A DNA stretch of 56,770 bases from a virus (Duplodnaviria; Caudoviricetes). Positions within the stretch are counted from its first letter, which is position 1; every line of letters begins with the position of its first letter. The position numbers were made by a program, and so were the translations under genes. Of this stretch, positions 53,369 through 56,770 are shown piece by piece. Below the pieces are notes generated by a model. The model was not told the DNA's origin. It saw only the letters and a list, made by a program, of their open reading frames with translations, and made no database searches. The stretch is taken from IMG/VR virus record IMGVR_UViG_3300032893_000054, positions 1 through 56,770 of that record. One strand, given 5' to 3'.

Positions 53369-54889
53369 ATGTCCCGACGACTCTTACTCCTCGTCGCCTT
53401 CGCCCTCGTGTCCGCCGCCGTCGCGCATGCGCAGTCCGGCACCACGACGGTCACGGCTGTGGTCCGTGACGCCAACAATGCCATCTACTCGAACTGTCAG
53501 TGGTCGGTCGTGTTCGTGGGCGAGAACACCACTCCGGGCGCCGGGCCCTACCTCCCTGACTCCTACACCCAAGGCCAGCAGGGCGTCTGCGACGGCTCCG
53601 GCAACCTTGGCCCGATCCAGCTCGGCGACAACATCAACACGATCACTCCGGTCCCCTCTCAATGGTCCTTCTCCATCTGCTCCGGAGTCGGCTACCCGGG
53701 TGGCGTCCGCTGCAAATCCAACATCCTGATCACCATCACCGGGACGTCGCAGGACATCTCCTCGACGCTCCAACCGCTGCTCCCCCTGCTGCCGATCCTG
53801 AACGGGGGATGCCTGAACGCGGTCTGCGCCTCCCTGTCTGGCAACAACGCTTTCACCGGGTCCAACACGTTCACCAATATCGCCTCAGCCACGTTCAGCG
53901 GCGCGGCCACCTTCAACAACCTGACCACGTTCTCAAACACCGGCAACTTCACCAATGTCCTGCCGATCACCAACGGTATGACCTCGATCATCTCCGGCTG
54001 CAACCCGAACACGAACTTCGGCGTGCAGGGTGGCAAGGGATACACGAACGCCTTCGTCGGCTGCACCGACATGCCGAACGGCGCGACCAACCAGCAATCA
54101 AACGGCGTGGCGGCCTATGTCACCACGGTCGCCGACTCGCGCGTGATCAACCCTGGCGTGATCGGCGGCGGCCCGAATGCGGTCGCCTTCTACGGCACCA
54201 TGGAAGTCAACGGGAACTACGCCGCCGGGTGGGCCAGCAACCTAGTCCTCGCTTGCGGCGGCGGGGCCTCCACCACCGCCATGAAGTGCATCGGTAACGA
54301 GACCGACGTGCAGTACAACGGCGGCAACAGCCTTCTAGGCACCGCCGGAGCCATAGAGCCGATGCTGATCACCGGCAATGCGATCGGTGCGGCGATCCCG
54401 GTCAACGCGACGCACCCCGCGCTCAACTCCATGTACCTTGGCATCCAGACCGGCGTGACCTGCTCCGGCTGCCCGGCAGGCTCCGGGCCGTGGCCGTATG
54501 GGTACTCCGCCTACCGCGGTCTCAGCCAGCGGGCGTTCTTCGCGGGCGCTACCTGCTTCACCAGCTACCCGTGCGGCTCGCAGAACTTCACCATGGAGTC
54601 CTACGACGCCTCCGGCAATCGGCGCGAATCGAACATCGGCGCGACGCAGGACGGCGATATCTACCTGTTCCCGCAGGCTGGGTCCAACCGGGTGCTGGAG
54701 ATCCCGGGCGCTGGCGGCGGCCTCACCTTATCCCAGATCAACGCGCTATCGAACCTCGTGAACGGCATGGTCGCCTTCTGTGGCGACTGCACCAACACTC
54801 CCGGTGGCCACACTGCAGGCGCGATCTGCGCTGGCTCGGGTACGGGCGCGATGGCGGTACGCGAGAACGGTCAATGGAACTGCTTCTGA
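53369..54889 (+). CDS. Fibre-like protein with N-terminal signal peptide
   Basis: Starts MSRRLLLLVAFALVSAAVAHA|QS; N-terminal beta-sandwich, NAFTGSNTFT shaft repeats, C-terminal NGMVAFC.DC...NGQW knob. Confidence 0.7.
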   Translation: MSRRLLLLVAFALVSAAVAHAQSGTTTVTAVVRDANNAIYSNCQWSVVFVGENTTPGAGPYLPDSYTQGQQGVCDGSGNLGPIQLGDNINTITPVPSQWSFSICSGVGYPGGVRCKSNILITITGTSQDISSTLQPLLPLLPILNGGCLNAVCASLSGNNAFTGSNTFTNIASATFSGAATFNNLTTFSNTGNFTNVLPITNGMTSIISGCNPNTNFGVQGGKGYTNAFVGCTDMPNGATNQQSNGVAAYVTTVADSRVINPGVIGGGPNAVAFYGTMEVNGNYAAGWASNLVLACGGGASTTAMKCIGNETDVQYNGGNSLLGTAGAIEPMLITGNAIGAAIPVNATHPALNSMYLGIQTGVTCSGCPAGSGPWPYGYSAYRGLSQRAFFAGATCFTSYPCGSQNFTMESYDASGNRRESNIGATQDGDIYLFPQAGSNRVLEIPGAGGGLTLSQINALSNLVNGMVAFCGDCTNTPGGHTAGAICAGSGTGAMAVRENGQWNCF

Positions 54890-54901
54890 CAGGAGCGATC
54901 G

Positions 54902-56179
54902 ATGTCACTGGTTGGTGAACTGATCCTGAGCGCGCGGGAGCTAATGGCGGACCTGCCACAATCCTTCCCTACGCCCTCTATCCTGAACGTCGCCACCGCG
55001 TCCGGGCTGCTGCTCTCGGTGGGCACGTGGTACATCCGCATCACCATCATCACGCCATTCGGCGAGACCGCGCCGTCGAACGAGCGCAGCATCGTCACCA
55101 CGACGAACAACCAGAACGTCTCCGTCGCCGTCGGCGTCGCGGGCGAGGGCGTCAACACGCAGGTGCTGGCGGTACGCATCTACTTCAGCCAGCAATCCCA
55201 GGGCCAGGTTACCTATCAGCAGATCAGCCCGTTCCCGGCGAACGGCATCGTTACTACCGTCGACGCCAACACACAGCCGGACGCCTCACTGCTGATCGTC
55301 AACGGTGCGCCACCTTCCCGTTCCACCGCCTACCTCCCTGACACGGACGGCCCGGCGTTCGGCGCCTACGCATTCTACCGCGCGCTGAACCAGGCCCTCT
55401 CGTGGGCCGCAGCCAAGAACCGTGGCGGCCTGCCCGACTTCGGCGCTGCGGGCACGATCAACGGGCAGGGGAACTACGTGATGCCGGGCTGGTGGCGCAA
55501 GATCGACTCGGCGTGGTTCGACGGCTACCCGCTCGGGCTCCTGCAGAAGAACAATGTCTACCGCCGCAACCCGGTCCCGGGCTACTCGGGCATGCTGATC
55601 GTATTCCAAGCCACCGACCGGCTGATGCTCGAGGCGTGGCCGCAGCCGAACCGCACCTCCGGCCAGACTACACTCTCGTCCGGGATGGGATCGACGGACA
55701 CGGTAGCCAATCTGACCTCCTCCGCTGGCTACGTCCTCGGCTTCGGCATGACCCAGATCGACTCCGAGATCGTCTACTTCTCCGCCATCAACGGCAACCA
55801 GCTGACCGGGCTGCAGCGTGGCATGTGCGGCACCACGCCAGCCTCGCACTCCACCTCCGCGCCGGTGACCGAGCTGAACCTCATGATTTCCGGCTACCGC
55901 GTGCCATCGACGTACTCCGTCGGCCAATCCGCGAAGACTCTGTACCTCCCTCCGGGCTGGGACGAAGCGCTCGTCTCCTACATGCTGTACCGATTCCGCA
56001 AGGCCGAGCAGGACGAAGCGGGCGCGAAGGCCGCCTACGCGGAAGCCACCGAGAAGATGTCTGGCCTGAGCGCCAACCGGATCATCGCGGGGCCGCGCCA
56101 GATCTCGCCCTACGCGGCCATCGGGCCTGAAGTCGGCGCCGGATTAGGGACAGCCTTCGGTGGCGTGATAATCCCTTGA
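54902..56179 (+). CDS. Head-tail adaptor (P22 gp4 / T7 gp11-like) with inserted beta domains
   Basis: ELILSARELMAD, ALNQAL, WPQP, LPPGWDEALVSY...A...Y. Confidence 0.7.
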   Translation: MSLVGELILSARELMADLPQSFPTPSILNVATASGLLLSVGTWYIRITIITPFGETAPSNERSIVTTTNNQNVSVAVGVAGEGVNTQVLAVRIYFSQQSQGQVTYQQISPFPANGIVTTVDANTQPDASLLIVNGAPPSRSTAYLPDTDGPAFGAYAFYRALNQALSWAAAKNRGGLPDFGAAGTINGQGNYVMPGWWRKIDSAWFDGYPLGLLQKNNVYRRNPVPGYSGMLIVFQATDRLMLEAWPQPNRTSGQTTLSSGMGSTDTVANLTSSAGYVLGFGMTQIDSEIVYFSAINGNQLTGLQRGMCGTTPASHSTSAPVTELNLMISGYRVPSTYSVGQSAKTLYLPPGWDEALVSYMLYRFRKAEQDEAGAKAAYAEATEKMSGLSANRIIAGPRQISPYAAIGPEVGAGLGTAFGGVIIP

Positions 56180-56202
56180 TAACAAAGGAGTTATCCTAGT
56201 AT

Positions 56203-56770
56203 ATGGCCAAGCCGATCCTCCACTCCCGCTGGCTCCGCGGCATCCAGGCTGGCTTCGACCGCTACTCGCAGCCGAAGGGATCGATCGCCCGGGCCTCGTG
56301 CATCGTGCTGACCCGGCGCGGCGCGCTCAAGACCTGCGACGGCACACAGCTCATCACGGAATACAACTCCGCGCTCCAGTCCTCGTTCGGCCCGATCACG
56401 GAGGTGTTCCTGTTCCAGCCGACCGGCGCCGACGCGGCCTACTTCGGGATCGCCAAGGATCTCTCGACGCACATCGGCGCGCCATCCGGGCTCGGCGCAG
56501 CGGCCGGGGCAGCAGGCGTTCTCACGGGCACCTACAAATACGTCATCACCGGCCTCGACGGCGCGGGCGGGGAGACCACCAAGTCCAACGAAGCCACGGT
56601 CTCTCTCACCGCGCAAAAGGGATCCCTCTCATGGACCGCGCTCGCGAACGCCGCTGGTGGCTACAACATCTACCGCACCGTCGCAGGCGGCGCCTCGGGC
56701 ACGGAGCACTTCGTCGCGACCGTCGCTGGCCAATCCACGGTCGCCTACACCGACAACACCGCCGACGGCT
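56203..56770 (+). CDS. 5' part of the tail nozzle/hub gene (continues through the join to 2157)
   Basis: AAAGGAG upstream; MAKPILHSRWLRGIQAG...RRGALKTCDG; open to the window end and in frame with base 1. Confidence 0.75.
   Translation, partial: MAKPILHSRWLRGIQAGFDRYSQPKGSIARASCIVLTRRGALKTCDGTQLITEYNSALQSSFGPITEVFLFQPTGADAAYFGIAKDLSTHIGAPSGLGAAAGAAGVLTGTYKYVITGLDGAGGETTKSNEATVSLTAQKGSLSWTALANAAGGYNIYRTVAGGASGTEHFVATVAGQSTVAYTDNTADG
56644..56770. repeat. Terminal direct repeat, copy 2
   Basis: Identical to 1-127. Confidence 0.95.

Overview
The window is a complete, circularly assembled tailed dsDNA phage genome of about 56.6 kb. Bases 1-127 repeat exactly at 56644-56770, and one tail gene reads through the join. 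It is GC-rich with AT-richer inserts. The layout is podovirus-like (P22/T7-style), with no tape measure, tail tube or sheath: terminase (43956), portal (47140), scaffold, major capsid (51144), head-tail adaptor (54902), nozzle/hub (56203 wrapping to 2157), candidate ejection proteins (2.5-6.5 kb), very large fibre/adhesin-like genes (6.7-15.8 kb) and membrane/lipoprotein genes. A minus-strand replication/recombination block (18.5-32 kb) encodes a UDG-fused family A polymerase, an N6-adenine methylase, a Pif1-like helicase, an SSB-like protein, an AAA_24 ATPase and a Cas4/RecB-like nuclease, and it is interrupted by an AT-rich array of small genes. Also present are a Rep-like gene, a beta-clamp-like gene, a glycosyltransferase/methyltransferase cluster and two free-standing LAGLIDADG endonucleases. 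I could not recognise an integrase, primase, endolysin, tRNA, CRISPR array or reverse transcriptase. The most unusual observations are: (1) four large Cys-rich fibre/adhesin-like proteins that all start with Sec-type signal peptides; (2) a PolA whose steric-gate and minor-groove residues are all substituted while the catalytic residues are kept; (3) a small-gene array joined by a repeated RBS-stop-start linker, with an interleaved duplication suggesting capture of overlapping donor fragments; (4) an ORF enclosed in long inverted repeats plus a direct repeat; (5) several tiny Arg/Lys-rich peptides in the head module. All product calls come from motifs recognised by eye; no database search was run.
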